This document shows, piece after piece, positions 63,001-64,000 of a DNA stretch of 64,000 nucleotides. A program made the position numbers and the translations under genes. The stretch's first letter is position 1. Every line of letters starts with the position of its first letter. The notes under the pieces are model-generated. The model had not been told where the DNA came from, searched no databases, and saw only the letters and a program-made list of their open reading frames with translations. Source of the stretch: the human T2T-CHM13v2.0 reference genome, Homo sapiens; the NCBI RefSeq assembly GCF_009914755.1, contig NC_060929.1; one strand, given 5' to 3'.

Positions 63001-64000
63001 CGGGTTTTTTTCCTGTAAGGCTAGACAGAAGAATTCCCAGTAACTTCCTTGTGTTGTGTACATTCAACTCACAGAGTTGAACGTTCCCTTAGACAGAGCA
63101 GATTTGAAACACTCTTTTTGTGCAATTGGCAAGTGGAGATTTCAAGCGCTTTAAGGTCAATGGCAGAAAAGGAAATATCTTCGTTTCAAAACTAGACAGA
63201 ATCATTCCCACAAACTGCGTTGTGATGTGTTCGTTCATCTCACAGAGTTTAACCTTTCTTTTCGTAGAGCAGTTAGGAAACAGTCTGTTTGTAAATTCTG
63301 TAAGTGGATATTCTGACATCTTGTGGCCTTCGTTGGAAACGGGATTTCTTCATATTCTGCTAGACAGAAGAATTCTCAGAATCTTCCTTGTGTTGTGTGT
63401 ATTCAACTCACACAGTTGAACGATTGTTTACACAGAGCAGATTTGAAACACTCTTTCTGTGGAATTTGCAAGTGGAGATTTCAGCCGCTTTGAGGTCAAT
63501 GGTAGAAAAGGAAATATCTTCGTATAAAAAACTAGACAGAATGATTCTCAGAAACTTCTTTGTGATGTGTGCGTTCAACTCACAGAGTTTAACCTTTCTT
63601 TTCATGGAGCAGTTAGGAAACACTCTGTTTGTAAACTCTGCAAGTGGATATTCAGACCTCTTTGAGGCCTTCGTTGGAAACGGGATTTCTTCATACTGTG
63701 CTAGACAGAAGAATTCTCAGTAACTTCCTTGTGTTGTGTGTATTCAACTCACAGAGTTGAACGATCCTTTACACAGAGCAGACTTGAAACACTCTTTTTG
63801 TGGAATTTGCAAGTGGAGATTTCAGCCGCGTTGAGGTCAATGGTAGAAAAGGAAATATCTTCGTATAAAAACTAGACAGAATGATTCTCAGAAACTCCTT
63901 TGTGATGTGTGTGTTCAACTCACAGAGTTTAACATTTCTTTTCATAGAGCAGTTAGGAAACACTCTGTTTGTAAAGTCTGCAAGTGGATATTCAGACCTC
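53928..64000 (+). repeat. Tandem duplication, period 6,460 bp; second copy truncated by the window end
   Basis: ORF pairs 54589/61049, 55269/61729 and 56928/63388; shared private T at 54960/61420. Confidence 0.87.
56571..63030 (+). repeat. 38-mer HOR variant (19 dimers, odd parity) containing a B/A chimeric dimer
   Basis: Spacing is 6460 bp. Two A-like dimers lie only 340 bp apart (ORF starts 60029 and 60369). Confidence 0.88.

Larger units (their letters stand above)
1..64000 (+). repeat. Centromeric alpha-satellite (alphoid) higher-order repeat array, dimeric SF1-type, ~188 x 340-bp dimers
   Basis: Continuous ~340-bp periodicity (GAATTC at 151, 491, 831 and onward) with alphoid consensus motifs such as CATTCTCAGAAACT, TTCAACTCACAGAGTT and TTTGAAACACTCTTTTTGTGGAAT. 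CENP-B-box and pJalpha-type monomers alternate. One orientation throughout. Confidence 0.99.
1..64000. other. Probable identity: human active centromeric array of chr1/5/19 (D1Z7/D5Z2/D19Z3; S1C1/5/19H1L)
   Basis: 340-bp EcoRI dimer, a CENP-B box in every second monomer, very high copy-to-copy identity and abundant dimer-multiple structural variants. Recognised from knowledge of SF1 arrays; no database search was run and the chromosome cannot be fixed. Confidence 0.7.

Noticed and set aside
549-63963. Hundreds of 60-111 aa ORFs on both strands (MILRNSF..., MFPNCSMK..., MQLASGD...)
   Set aside because: They are translations of satellite monomers recurring every 340 or 680 bp, overlap on opposite strands, and are made or broken by random indels. 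There is no domain or gene structure.
1-64000. CRISPR-like or other repeat-spacer array
   Set aside because: There are no unique spacers; the entire unit is repeated, and no cas or other genes are present.
1-64000. Embedded L1/Alu insertion or inversion
   Set aside because: The 340-bp phase is kept throughout to within single-base indels and all CENP-B boxes are on the same strand.

Overview
The whole 64 kb window is one uninterrupted, head-to-tail alpha-satellite array of human/great-ape type. It is built from a ~340-bp dimer (169+171-bp monomers) with one CENP-B box, one pJalpha-like box and one EcoRI site per dimer, about 188 dimers in all. This dimeric layout is typical of suprachromosomal family 1 and resembles the active chr1/5/19 array (D1Z7/D5Z2/D19Z3); that assignment is from memory and not verified. 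I found no genes, RNA genes, CRISPR arrays, transposons or inversions, and all listed ORFs are repeat artefacts. I see no evidence for a new protein-coding system. The informative content is the higher-order structure. Using my own dimer labels, the basic unit is C-D-E-B-(A-B)n, a 12-mer (~2039 bp) that grows in 680-bp 4-mer steps to 24-, 28- and 40-mers. Layered on this are recent near-identical tandem duplications with periods of 11,559 bp (10,199+1,360), 8,836 bp and 6,460 bp, the last with a visible chimeric breakpoint monomer. There are also an older dispersed ~8.5-kb duplicate, several chimeric monomers and five CENP-B boxes with core mutations. All alignments were done by eye and by ORF-track offsets, so boundaries are approximate.
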